From contig CANROK010000002.1 in assembly GCA_947632205.1 (NCBI GenBank), positions 1-62,145 on the forward strand: a DNA stretch of 62,145 nt. Reading direction: 5' to 3'. A program made the position numbers and the translations under genes. A model generated the notes under the pieces. That model had not been told where the DNA came from. It was given only the letters and a program-made list of their open reading frames with translations, and did not search any database. This DNA is from an uncultured Bacilli bacterium. GTDB lineage: Bacteria > Bacillota_I > Bacilli_A > RF39 > UBA660. Below, piece by piece: positions 37,937-47,453 of this stretch (position 1 is the stretch's first letter; each line of letters begins with the position of its first letter).

Positions 37937-37943
37937 TTCGACA
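37937..37943. promoter_or_regulatory. 0A box (TTCGACA, complement of TGTCGAA) upstream of spo0A
   Basis: Exact 7-mer match to the Spo0A box. A one-mismatch copy TGTCAAA lies at 37992-37998. Confidence 0.4.
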
Positions 37944-38057
37944 TTTATTAACATAATTTGACGTCACTTATCATTATTTGCTATAGATTTTTGTCAAATA
38001 ATCTTCTATAATGATAAACATGTGCAGTACAAGAATATTATTTTAAAGGAGAAAAAC

Positions 38058-38819
38058 ATGAAATCAAGTATTAATGTTTTAGTCATTGATAATGATATAA
38101 CAATGACTAAAGAGATTGAGAAGTATTTTGGTAGTCATGAAGTAATTAAAGTAGTAGCTTGTGTTAATAATGGAGAAGAGGGCTTACAATATATTATTAA
38201 TAATTCTAAAGATATTGATATGATTGTAATGGATTTAATTTTACCTAAATTAGATGGTTTATTTGTTCTTGGAGAATTAAAAAGAAGAAAAATTGATAAG
38301 AAGGTAATAATAACTACTAATTTAAGAGATGATAAAATATTAGAAGAAACTAATAAATATGGAATAGATTATTATATGTTAAAGCCAATAAGTTATTTAA
38401 GTTTAGAAAGAAGAATAATGTCAATAGATTTTAATAGTAATAATAAAAATAATAAACAATTTAATCAAGAAGCGGTTTTAACAGAATTATTACATAATTT
38501 AGGTATACCATCTCATATAAGAGGATATCAATATATAAGAGAAGGTATTCAAATTGTTTATCGTAGTAATAATTTTATAACTTATATAACAAAAGATGTT
38601 TATCCAGAAATTGCTAAAAAATTTAATACAACTCCAACTAGAGTAGAAAGAGCTATAAGACATGCAATAGAAGTAAGTTGGACTAGAGGCGATATATCAT
38701 TAATGGAAGATATCTTTGGTAATAGTTTAAATGTTAATAGAGATAAACCAACCAATTCAGAATTTTTAACTACACTTGCTGATAGATTAAAAGTAAATAA
38801 TAATCTTATTTTTAACTGA
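38058..38819 (+). CDS. spo0A: sporulation master response regulator Spo0A
   Basis: REC domain (VLVIDND, MDLILPKLDG) plus the Spo0A-specific C-domain (GIPSHIRGYQYIREGI, TPTRVERAIRHAIEVSWTRGD, KPTNSEFLTTLADRL). I place the start at the ATG at 38058 behind AAGGAG. Confidence 0.93.
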   Translation: MKSSINVLVIDNDITMTKEIEKYFGSHEVIKVVACVNNGEEGLQYIINNSKDIDMIVMDLILPKLDGLFVLGELKRRKIDKKVIITTNLRDDKILEETNKYGIDYYMLKPISYLSLERRIMSIDFNSNNKNNKQFNQEAVLTELLHNLGIPSHIRGYQYIREGIQIVYRSNNFITYITKDVYPEIAKKFNTTPTRVERAIRHAIEVSWTRGDISLMEDIFGNSLNVNRDKPTNSEFLTTLADRLKVNNNLIFN

Positions 38820-38904
38820 TTATAGCCAAAATATTTTTTTAATTTATTGATTTTAAATTTAACTTATTATATACTATAAATATGTAAGATAGGAGAATGT
38901 TAAC

Positions 38905-39576
38905 ATGGATGAACGTAGCCGTAAATTAATTTTACCAATGTTAGTTGCTATTGTTACATTAGGTTTACTTGTTATTGGTGCCACATTTGCATATATTAGA
39001 GTTGGAACAGATACTACTTATGGTACAAACACTATTAAAACTAGTATTCCCTTAACAGGAAGTGCTTCAATAACTTCTGGGACTTCTATTTCTATGACTT
39101 TAACATACGATCAAGTAACAAATAATTCTTCTGAACAAACATATTATGCTACTTCATCTGGACCTAATACGAATCCAAATACTCAACAAATAGCCACAAT
39201 TCAAGGTTTAATTGGAACAGTAGATTGTACATACACTTTAAATGTTAAAGGTAGTCCTGCAGATATGGCAAAAAATGCGGTTGGTTTAGGTCAAGATTTA
39301 TTTGTTTTAACAATACAACATTTTGATGGAAGTGGTAGTGAACATACTGATACTTTCGATTTTCATAATTCTTACACTGGAAGTAATCAAATAAATTCTG
39401 AAACAGGTGTTAATTTAACTGGTAAAGTTACAGGTATATCTGCATCTAATACCAAGAATATTTATGCTCAATTAAAATATAAAAATAGTCCAAGTGTTGA
39501 TCAATCAAAGTTAGCAAATACAAGTGCGACTTTTACTTTTACAGTAACACAATTCCATTGTACACCATCTGCGTAA
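38905..39576 (+). CDS. exported or signal-anchored Thr/Ser/Asn-rich protein, paralog 1 of 4
   Basis: N-terminal KLILPMLVAIVTLGLLVIGATFAYI hydrophobic segment. Conserved YYATSSGP, CTYTLNVKG and C-terminal TFTVTQFHCT blocks. Has its own promoter-like TTGATT-17-TATACT. Confidence 0.7.
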   Translation: MDERSRKLILPMLVAIVTLGLLVIGATFAYIRVGTDTTYGTNTIKTSIPLTGSASITSGTSISMTLTYDQVTNNSSEQTYYATSSGPNTNPNTQQIATIQGLIGTVDCTYTLNVKGSPADMAKNAVGLGQDLFVLTIQHFDGSGSEHTDTFDFHNSYTGSNQINSETGVNLTGKVTGISASNTKNIYAQLKYKNSPSVDQSKLANTSATFTFTVTQFHCTPSA

Positions 39577-39682
39577 AACCATTACTTTTTTTTTACATTA
39601 AATTATGAAAACTTGGAATATTTATTGACTAAATTTTTATATTAAGATAAAATTATATTAGATAGTAGGAGGATTTTTTAGT

Positions 39683-40315
39683 ATGATAAATAAAAAAATT
39701 ATTGTTCCTACATTAGTAGCGATAGCTACTATGCTTTTATTAGTTGTAGGTGCAACATATGCATATATATTAGTCCAAAGTAATGACAATTTTGATAATC
39801 TTTTAGTTACTAGTAAAATTGATGAAGTTGGTACTGTAACAATTAATAAAACTGCTGAATTAAATTTAAATTTAGTATATGCTCAAGTTTCTAAACCAGA
39901 TCAAGATACTATTTATTATGCTACAACTTCAGGACCTACTACTGAAGAGCAATCACCAATTATAGCTACGGCAACTGTTACTGGTCCTGGTGTCTATAAT
40001 TGTAGCTATAATTTATTTGTAACTGCACAAGGTGATATTTTTAATAATTCTGTAAATAAAGGAACTGGTTTTTTACAATTAACTGTTAATGGAGGTATTA
40101 ATGGGAATACACCAGATGTACATGATTTTAATACCTCATGGAGTGATAAAAATGTAACTGGTACTTTGACAGATATTAGTGCAAATTCTCCAAAAAATAT
40201 AACAGCTCAATTATTCTTTAAAAATAGTTCAACGGTTGATCAATATGCATTAAGTGGGACAAATGGAACGGTTACTTTTAGCATAACTTCATTTGAGTGT
40301 ACCGCAACTAGTTAG
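39683..40315 (+). CDS. exported or signal-anchored protein, paralog 2 of 4
   Basis: Same architecture (GATYAYI, YYATTSGP, CSYNLFV, FSITSFECTATS). TTGACT-17-TAAAAT lies upstream. Confidence 0.7.
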   Translation: MINKKIIVPTLVAIATMLLLVVGATYAYILVQSNDNFDNLLVTSKIDEVGTVTINKTAELNLNLVYAQVSKPDQDTIYYATTSGPTTEEQSPIIATATVTGPGVYNCSYNLFVTAQGDIFNNSVNKGTGFLQLTVNGGINGNTPDVHDFNTSWSDKNVTGTLTDISANSPKNITAQLFFKNSSTVDQYALSGTNGTVTFSITSFECTATS

Positions 40316-40333
40316 AAAATAGCGGAGGATAAT

Positions 40334-41029
40334 ATGGATTATAATAATATTGACCCAGATAATGTTACAAAAAATAATAATAATAAAAAATTAATTTTGC
40401 CAATGGCTGTTGCTATAACTACCCTTATTATTTTATCGCTAGGCGCAACATATGCGTACATTCAAGTACAAACTACAAATAATTTTGGTGAGCCAACAAT
40501 TTCAGGAACAGTTCCTTCCATTGGTAATGTTACTATGAATGCTGGAACTAGTTTATCTCTTTCTGTATCAAGACCACAAATGATGAAGGATAATCCAGCA
40601 ACATATTATGCAACTTCAGGTGGTATGAGTACTACTTCAGCAGATATGCAAACTATTGCGACTGCAACAGTTTCGGGAGAAGGCGTATTTACTTGTACTT
40701 ATATACTTAACGTAAAAGGAGAAGGCACTTTGTTAACTAATTCTTGGCGTTTAGGAAATAATCTTGTAACTCTTGAAATCAGTAGTAGTTCAAATGGTAA
40801 TATTAATCAAACGTATGATTTTAATGATGATTTAAATAGTACAGTTTTAAGTCCAAATGGTACAAATATAAGTGGACAATTTACTGGACTTTCAATTTCT
40901 CAACTAGGAACAATTTATGCTAGGTTTAAATTAACTAATAGCCAAGATAAAGATCAATCAGAATTAAATAATACATCAGGAACAATTACATTTACTGTAT
41001 CTAATTTAAATTGTACTGCAACTGGTTAA
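40334..41029 (+). CDS. exported or signal-anchored protein, paralog 3 of 4
   Basis: Same architecture. Judged by eye, more than half of its residues are identical to paralog 4. Confidence 0.7.
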   Translation: MDYNNIDPDNVTKNNNNKKLILPMAVAITTLIILSLGATYAYIQVQTTNNFGEPTISGTVPSIGNVTMNAGTSLSLSVSRPQMMKDNPATYYATSGGMSTTSADMQTIATATVSGEGVFTCTYILNVKGEGTLLTNSWRLGNNLVTLEISSSSNGNINQTYDFNDDLNSTVLSPNGTNISGQFTGLSISQLGTIYARFKLTNSQDKDQSELNNTSGTITFTVSNLNCTATG

Positions 41030-41048
41030 AATAATATAAGGAGGATAT

Positions 41049-41744
41049 ATGAATTACAATAATGAATTAGAGCATATTACAAAAAATAATAATAATAATA
41101 AAAAATTGATTTTACCAATGATTGTTGCAATAACTGTACTTATTCTTTTAACTCTTGGTGCAACATTTGCTTATATTCAAGTGCAAACTACTAATAGTTT
41201 TGGTAATCCAACAATTACAGGAACAGTTCCTCCAATTGGAAGTGTTACTATAAATCAAGGAGCCAGTTTATCTCTATCAGTAACTAGACCAGAAATGATG
41301 AAAGAGCATTCAGCTACATATTATGCAACTTCAAATGGTATGAATACTTCTGCAACGGAAATGCAAACAATAGCTAATACAACAGTTATTGGCGAAGGAA
41401 CTTTTTCGTGTACATATACTCTCAATGTAAAAGCAACGGGTGATTTATTAAAAAATTCCTTTGCTTTAGGATCCGATCTTGTTACTCTTGAAGTATCAGA
41501 TGGTACAAATGGTAGTGAGACAAAAAAATACGATTTTAATGATGATTTGGAAAGTATAATACGTAGTGAACATGGTGTGGATTTACATGGAACACTTACT
41601 GATCTTACAAATTCTTATTCAAGAAATATTCAAGCAAGATTTAAATTGACAAATAGCTCAGAAAAAGATCAAACAGAATTAAATGGTACATCAGGAACAA
41701 TAACATTTACCATTACCGATTTTAATTGTACAGCTACTGCATAA
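41049..41744 (+). CDS. exported or signal-anchored protein, paralog 4 of 4
   Basis: Same architecture (GATFAYIQVQTTNSFG, FSCTYTLNVK, ITFTITDFNCTATA). Confidence 0.7.
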   Translation: MNYNNELEHITKNNNNNKKLILPMIVAITVLILLTLGATFAYIQVQTTNSFGNPTITGTVPPIGSVTINQGASLSLSVTRPEMMKEHSATYYATSNGMNTSATEMQTIANTTVIGEGTFSCTYTLNVKATGDLLKNSFALGSDLVTLEVSDGTNGSETKKYDFNDDLESIIRSEHGVDLHGTLTDLTNSYSRNIQARFKLTNSSEKDQTELNGTSGTITFTITDFNCTATA

Positions 41745-41854
41745 TTAATAAATTTAAATTATAAAATAGATAGCAAAATAATGTTTATCTATTTTTTTAT
41801 AGTATTTGTATTTTTAATTTTATTATGATATATTATGGATATGATGGTGATAAA

Positions 41855-43348
41855 ATGAAAAAGATTTTAACTATTATTTTAGATGGATTTGGATTAAGAG
41901 ATGAAGTTCATGGTAATGCAATTAAAGAAGCAGATATGAAATGTTTTAATAGATTGTGGGAAGAATATCCTCATTCTAAACTTGATGCTTCTGAAGAAAA
42001 AGTTGGACTTCAAAAAGGTCAATTTGGAAATAGTGAAGTTGGCCATCTAACTATTGGAGCTGGTAGATTAATAAAGCAAAATCCAACATTAGTTAATGAT
42101 TTTATTAATAGCAATGTACTAGAGAACGAAAAATTTAATCAATTAATAGAAAATAAAGAAAAAGATATACATATTATGGGATTATGTAGTGATGGAAATG
42201 TTCATGCTAGTATTGATAATATAATTAATATGTATAAATTATTAGTTAAGAATGGATGCAAAAAAATTCATTTTCATGTTATTACTGATGGTAGAGATAC
42301 GGGAGTACATGAATCTTATAATTATATAAAGATGATAACAGATGTTATCAAAGAAAATAAAGTTGGAGATATAGCTACTATTTGTGGAAGATATTATGCA
42401 ATGGATAGAAATAAAAATTATGATAGAACTAAAAAATATTATGATTTAGTTACACAAGGTATAGGAATAAATAATTCTAATATTGAAGGTATTATTAATA
42501 AATTATATGAAAAAAATATTACGGATGAATTTATAGTACCAATATTAGTTAATAAAGATGGTTTAATCAAAAATGGTGATATATTATTATGGATGAATTA
42601 TCGGGCTGATAGAGCTAAACAAATTATTTCATCATTTGTATGTGATGATTTTAATGGTTTTAATACTTTAGATATGAGTAAACTTAGTGTGTATAGTATG
42701 TTACCAATAGATGATGATATTCCGACAGAACATTTTATTGAAGAACCAGTTATAAATAATCCTTTGGGAAGATATTTAGAAAAATTAGAGTTAACGCAAG
42801 CAAGAATTTCTGAAACAGAGAAGTATCCTCATGTAACATATTTTTTTGATGGAGGATATGAAGGTAAAATAGCTAAATGTAATATGTTTCATATTCCATC
42901 ACCAGATGTACCAACTTATGATTTGAAACCGGAAATGAGTGCAATAGAAGTTACTAAAAAAGTTGTTGAATGTATGATTCATGATTATGACTTTATTTTA
43001 GTTAATTTTGCTAATCCTGATATGGTAGGTCATACTGGTAACTTTGACGCTGCCGTTAAAGCTTGTGTAACAGTTGATGTTTGTTTAAATAAAATAGTAG
43101 AAAAAGCAGAAGAAAACTTTTATAAAGTAATAATATTAGCTGACCATGGTAATGTTGATATTATGTTAGATGAAAATGATAATCCTGTAACAACTCACAC
43201 TCTAAGTAAAGTACCTTTTATTATTTTAGATAAAAATGTTAAATTAAAAGAAAGTGGTGATTTAACTATGGTTGCTCCAACTATATTAGAGTATATGGAT
43301 ATAGCTGTTCCAGAAGAAATGAAAGAAACAGAGTTATTATTAAAATAA
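41855..43348 (+). CDS. gpmI: 2,3-bisphosphoglycerate-independent phosphoglycerate mutase
   Basis: ILDGFGL, GNSEVGHLTIGAGR, ITDGRDT and NPDMVGHTG motifs. I place the start at the ATG at 41855 (MKKILTII). Confidence 0.93.
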   Translation: MKKILTIILDGFGLRDEVHGNAIKEADMKCFNRLWEEYPHSKLDASEEKVGLQKGQFGNSEVGHLTIGAGRLIKQNPTLVNDFINSNVLENEKFNQLIENKEKDIHIMGLCSDGNVHASIDNIINMYKLLVKNGCKKIHFHVITDGRDTGVHESYNYIKMITDVIKENKVGDIATICGRYYAMDRNKNYDRTKKYYDLVTQGIGINNSNIEGIINKLYEKNITDEFIVPILVNKDGLIKNGDILLWMNYRADRAKQIISSFVCDDFNGFNTLDMSKLSVYSMLPIDDDIPTEHFIEEPVINNPLGRYLEKLELTQARISETEKYPHVTYFFDGGYEGKIAKCNMFHIPSPDVPTYDLKPEMSAIEVTKKVVECMIHDYDFILVNFANPDMVGHTGNFDAAVKACVTVDVCLNKIVEKAEENFYKVIILADHGNVDIMLDENDNPVTTHTLSKVPFIILDKNVKLKESGDLTMVAPTILEYMDIAVPEEMKETELLLK

Positions 43349-43410
43349 TGCTTGTTAAATATTTAAAAATAATGTAATATATATTATATAGATAGAGGTT
43401 AGTGTGTTAT

Positions 43411-45120
43411 ATGAATAATGAAGTAAATAATAATGAAAATTTAATGAATAATGGTGAGTCAATAGGCCAAGTTCAAACAAAAACCAATTTAGAAACTCCT
43501 TCGAGTGAAACGAATAGTACTCCTGAAGTTGCAACTTCAGTTAATAATGGAGAAACAACTTTAAATAATGAAACTCCTAAAATTAATGATGCAATCGAGA
43601 ATGTTAGTGTTGAAGATAATATATTAGGAGAAAAAAAGAAAAGTAAACTTCCTTTTATCATAATTGGAATATTATTGTTAATCTTATTATGTTTTGTTGG
43701 GTATAAATTTTTATATAAAAAAGATAAAGAATTAACTCCTAAAGAAGTATTTAGTTATAGTTTAGATAAAATTTCTGATTATGCTGTTGGAGCTATCAAT
43801 GGCTCTGAAAATATATTTGCTAGTACTTTTAAACAAACACATAAAATAAATGCTAATTTGAATACTAAAGCAGTAGATATGGCTGAGGTTAGTACAATCT
43901 TAAAGAAATTAGAAATAACTTTAAATACAGAAAATGATAATAATGCAAAATATCTTGGGGCTAATTTTAAAATAAATTATGATAATGCGGAAGCACTTGA
44001 TGCTAAAGTAATGTTACATGATAAATATTTATATTTGAATCTTGGTTCTTTATATGATAAAAATATTAGATATGAAATTGAAGGTATAGAACAGCTTACA
44101 GAAATAGAAGATAATTCTACAGTATATGTTGAAATTTTAAATGAGATAATAGCTACAATTAAAAATGAATTAAAAGAGACATATTTCTCTTATAGTAATG
44201 AAAAATTAAATAACGAAGATGTAACTAAATATACTTTAACAATTAATAGTATGAATGAATACATTAATAATATTATTAAATCATTAAAGGCAAATGATCA
44301 ATTTGTAAATAGTTTTAAAAAATTAAATATAACAACTGAAGATTTAAATACTATGTTAGATAATCTATTATTAACAGATGAAAATGAAGATGCTAAATTA
44401 ATAATTAATGTCTATTTAACTAAAAATAATGAATTATTAAAAATAAATTTAATTGTAAATGATAAAGAAGTTATTAGTATAATTAAAGATGATGGTTATG
44501 CAATTAATATTTTAATAAATGAAAAATTAGAAAGAATTGGTTCATTTAAAAAAGAAAAAGATTACACAGAATTAAATATTAATTATGATGGTGTTGTAAT
44601 GAATGTTACAATTGATAAAAGAGAAAAAATTAATAAGAATAATTTTCAATTTAAAGTAGTATGTAAAGAAGAAAATGAGGATTGTTCAAATGGTGAATTA
44701 AAAATTACAACTACAGGTGATTCTAACTCAGGTACAGTTACTTTATATGGTAATATTCCTTCTTTAGATATTGAGCTTACAATTAATGATGAATATGAAC
44801 TTCTTAAAGACGCTCCAGTTAATTTACCAGATTTTAACAATTATATAGATTTAGAAAAATTCCAAGAAACGGAAGCCGAGACAATTGAAAGAAATTTATT
44901 AAATAATAGTGGATTATTATCATTATTATCAGATTTAGGACTTATGAGTCAAAACGAAACTACAGAATTATTAAAGACATCATGTACAACTTCTAATAAC
45001 GGAAAAATTAATTATACTGAAATTGTTGATAAATATCGTGTTGAATGTCATGATGGTATATGTCAAGCAATAGATACAATGACAAATGCAATTATTGATA
45101 CAATTACTTGTGGTGCATAA
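43411..45120 (+). CDS. hypothetical single-pass membrane protein with a low-complexity N-terminus and a Cys-rich C-terminus
   Basis: TM segment LPFIIIGILLLILLCFVGY follows an ~80-aa Asn/Thr/Glu-rich cytoplasmic tail. There are five Cys in the last ~50 aa. Confidence 0.6.
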   Translation: MNNEVNNNENLMNNGESIGQVQTKTNLETPSSETNSTPEVATSVNNGETTLNNETPKINDAIENVSVEDNILGEKKKSKLPFIIIGILLLILLCFVGYKFLYKKDKELTPKEVFSYSLDKISDYAVGAINGSENIFASTFKQTHKINANLNTKAVDMAEVSTILKKLEITLNTENDNNAKYLGANFKINYDNAEALDAKVMLHDKYLYLNLGSLYDKNIRYEIEGIEQLTEIEDNSTVYVEILNEIIATIKNELKETYFSYSNEKLNNEDVTKYTLTINSMNEYINNIIKSLKANDQFVNSFKKLNITTEDLNTMLDNLLLTDENEDAKLIINVYLTKNNELLKINLIVNDKEVISIIKDDGYAINILINEKLERIGSFKKEKDYTELNINYDGVVMNVTIDKREKINKNNFQFKVVCKEENEDCSNGELKITTTGDSNSGTVTLYGNIPSLDIELTINDEYELLKDAPVNLPDFNNYIDLEKFQETEAETIERNLLNNSGLLSLLSDLGLMSQNETTELLKTSCTTSNNGKINYTEIVDKYRVECHDGICQAIDTMTNAIIDTITCGA

Positions 45121-45122
45121 AA

Positions 45123-45150
45123 ATTGTTAGTTAACGCTAACAATTTTTTT
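45123..45150 (+). terminator. intrinsic terminator
   Basis: ATTGTTAG-TTAACG-CTAACAAT hairpin followed by a T-run, directly after the stop at 45120. Confidence 0.75.
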
Positions 45151-45188
45151 GTGTAAAAGATTTTGTGAAAAAAATGTAAAATTTATGG

Positions 45189-45218
45189 TTGCATTTCATA
45201 TAATTATTGTGTTATAAT
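45189..45218 (+). promoter_or_regulatory. sigma-A-type promoter of the S10 operon, followed by a ~130-nt comparatively GC-rich leader
   Basis: TTGCAT, an 18-nt spacer, then TGT-TATAAT. The leader at 45225-45340 is visibly more GC-rich than its surroundings. Confidence 0.6.
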
Positions 45219-45350
45219 GATACTCGTATGACTGCGGAGATACGTGAGGTTGCTGATACGCTAGGAAGAGTTGGTAAATATTTTTCTAGGTTTTGGGGAA
45301 TTCAGGTGGAGCAAGTCTATACTAGATATAGACGAAAGGAGGACATGTAA

Positions 45351-45668
45351 ATGTCAAATGAAAAAGTTAGAATCAATTTAAGAGCTTACGATCATCGTTT
45401 ACTTGATGTAGCGGCTTCTAAAATTGTGGAAACTGTAAAGAGAACTGGTGGTGAAGTATCAGGTCCAGTACCACTTCCAACAGAAATTGAGAAGTTTACT
45501 GTACTTAGAGCTGTTCACATATACAAAGATTCTCGTGAACAATTTGAAAGAAGAACTCATAAGAGACTTGTTGATATTAAAAAACCAAGTAAAGAGACAA
45601 TTGATGCGTTAACACATTTAGATTTACCAAGTGGCGTTGACATCAAAATTAGTACTAAAGCTAATTAA
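45351..45668 (+). CDS. rpsJ: 30S ribosomal protein S10
   Basis: [13 protein letters not shown] and PLPTE...FTVLRAVH motifs. First gene of the cluster. Confidence 0.97.
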   Translation: MSNEKVRINLRAYDHRLLDVAASKIVETVKRTGGEVSGPVPLPTEIEKFTVLRAVHIYKDSREQFERRTHKRLVDIKKPSKETIDALTHLDLPSGVDIKISTKAN

Positions 45669-45694
45669 ATTTAAGAAAAGGAAGGAAATAAAAA

Positions 45695-46522
45695 ATGAAA
45701 GGAATCTTAGGACGCAAAGTTGGAATGACACAAGTTTTTACTAAAGATGGAAAACTTATTCCCGTAACAGTAGTTGCTTGTGATGAAAACGTTGTAATGC
45801 AAGTTAAGACAGTTGAAAAAGATGGTTACAATGCAATTCAATTAGGCGTATTTGAAAAGAAACAAAATCGTGCAAATAAAGCTGAAGTTGGCCATGCACA
45901 AAAAGCTAATACTACTCCTAAGCGCTTCTTAAAAGAAATAAAAGACGCTGAAGGTAATTATAATGTTGGCGATAAAATTTTAGTAGATATTTTTGAAGTA
46001 GGAGATATTGTTGATGTAACTGGTACTTCAAAAGGTAAAGGTACACAAGGTGTTATTAAAAGATTTAATCAATCTCGTGGACCAATGGGACATGGTTCTC
46101 ACTATCATAGAAAACCAGGTTCTTTAGGTACAATGTTACCAAAAAGAGTATTAAAGGGTAAAAAACTTCCAGGCCATATGGGAGTAGAAACTGTAACAAT
46201 TCAAAATCTAGAAATAATTGAAGCAAATAAAGAAGAAGGTTATATTCTAGTAAGTGGCAATATTCCAGGTGCTAAAAATTCTTTAGTTTATATAAGAACG
46301 GCAGTTAAGAATTCTCGTAAGAAAGATCCAAAAGATATCATTGCTTATGAAGAAACTATTGTCGATGCAGTAGAAGAAGTAAAAGATGTAGAAACAACTG
46401 AAATAGTTGAAGAAACAAAAGAAACGGAAACTACTGAAGTAGAAAATAGTGAAGAAGTAAAAGAAGAAACTGTAGAAGTAGAAGAAGAAACTAAAGAAGA
46501 AAATCCGGAAGAAAGCAATTAA
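45695..46522 (+). CDS. rplC: 50S ribosomal protein L3 with a ~65-aa acidic C-terminal extension
   Basis: [15 protein letters not shown] start and [12 protein letters not shown] motif. The tail is [22 protein letters not shown]...EENPEESN. Confidence 0.95.
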   Translation: MKGILGRKVGMTQVFTKDGKLIPVTVVACDENVVMQVKTVEKDGYNAIQLGVFEKKQNRANKAEVGHAQKANTTPKRFLKEIKDAEGNYNVGDKILVDIFEVGDIVDVTGTSKGKGTQGVIKRFNQSRGPMGHGSHYHRKPGSLGTMLPKRVLKGKKLPGHMGVETVTIQNLEIIEANKEEGYILVSGNIPGAKNSLVYIRTAVKNSRKKDPKDIIAYEETIVDAVEEVKDVETTEIVEETKETETTEVENSEEVKEETVEVEEETKEENPEESN

Positions 46523-46541
46523 GCTTTAGAAAGGAATTAAA

Positions 46542-47165
46542 ATGACAAAGATAAGTGTTAAAAATTTAAAAGGTGAAGCTGTAAAAGATATCACTTTAGA
46601 TAGTAAAATTTGGGATATTGAAGTTAATGCTGATGCATTAAAGAAAATGTTACGTTTACAAATGGATGCTGTTCGTCAAGGTACAAGAAAAACTAAATCT
46701 AGATCTGAAGTATCTGGTGGCGGCAGAAAGCCATGGAAACAAAAAGGTACAGGCCGTGCTCGTCAAGGTAGTATTCGTGCTACTCAATGGCGTGGTGGCG
46801 GTATACCAATGGGTGTTGATAATCGTGATTATTCATTTAAGATTAATAGAAAAGAAAGAGTTTTAGCTTTAAAAAGTGCTTTGAGTGATAAGGCAAAAGA
46901 AAAGAAAATTTATGTAGTTGATAAATTAGATTTAAAAACATTAAAAACAAAAGAAGTTACTAATATTCTTGAAACATTAAAATTAGAAGGTAAAGTTTTA
47001 TTCATTACTAGTGATGAAAACGAAAACTTATATATGGCATCAAGAAATTTAGGAAATGTTCTAGTTCTAATGGTAGATGAAATTAATTGCTTTGATTTAG
47101 TAAATGCTTCCGTTGTTGTATTTGATGAAAAAGCAATTAATATGTTAGAGGAGGGGCTTAAATAA
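46542..47165 (+). CDS. rplD: 50S ribosomal protein L4
   Basis: SGGGRKPWKQKGTGRARQGSIR motif. Confidence 0.96.
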   Translation: MTKISVKNLKGEAVKDITLDSKIWDIEVNADALKKMLRLQMDAVRQGTRKTKSRSEVSGGGRKPWKQKGTGRARQGSIRATQWRGGGIPMGVDNRDYSFKINRKERVLALKSALSDKAKEKKIYVVDKLDLKTLKTKEVTNILETLKLEGKVLFITSDENENLYMASRNLGNVLVLMVDEINCFDLVNASVVVFDEKAINMLEEGLK

Positions 47166-47440
47166 TGAAACATTATAGTGATATTATTTATTCACCAGTT
47201 ATTACAGAAAAAACTATGGCGGAAAGACAAAATGGTGTTTATACTTTTAAAGTAGCAAAAGATGCCAATAAAGAAGAAATTAAAAAAGCCGTAGAAGATG
47301 CTTTCAAAGTTAGTGTTAAGAGTGTTAATACATTAAATACAAAAGCTAAAAGACGTAGAGTTGGACGTTATGCAGGTATGAGTAAAACTTATAAAAAAGC
47401 AATAGTTACTTTAGCTGCTGGCTCTACAATAGATTTATAG
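47165..47440 (+). CDS. rplW: 50S ribosomal protein L23
   Basis: Size, position, and VITEKT...YTFKV motif. Confidence 0.95.
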   Translation: MKHYSDIIYSPVITEKTMAERQNGVYTFKVAKDANKEEIKKAVEDAFKVSVKSVNTLNTKAKRRRVGRYAGMSKTYKKAIVTLAAGSTIDL

Positions 47441-47453
47441 GAGGGATTATAAA

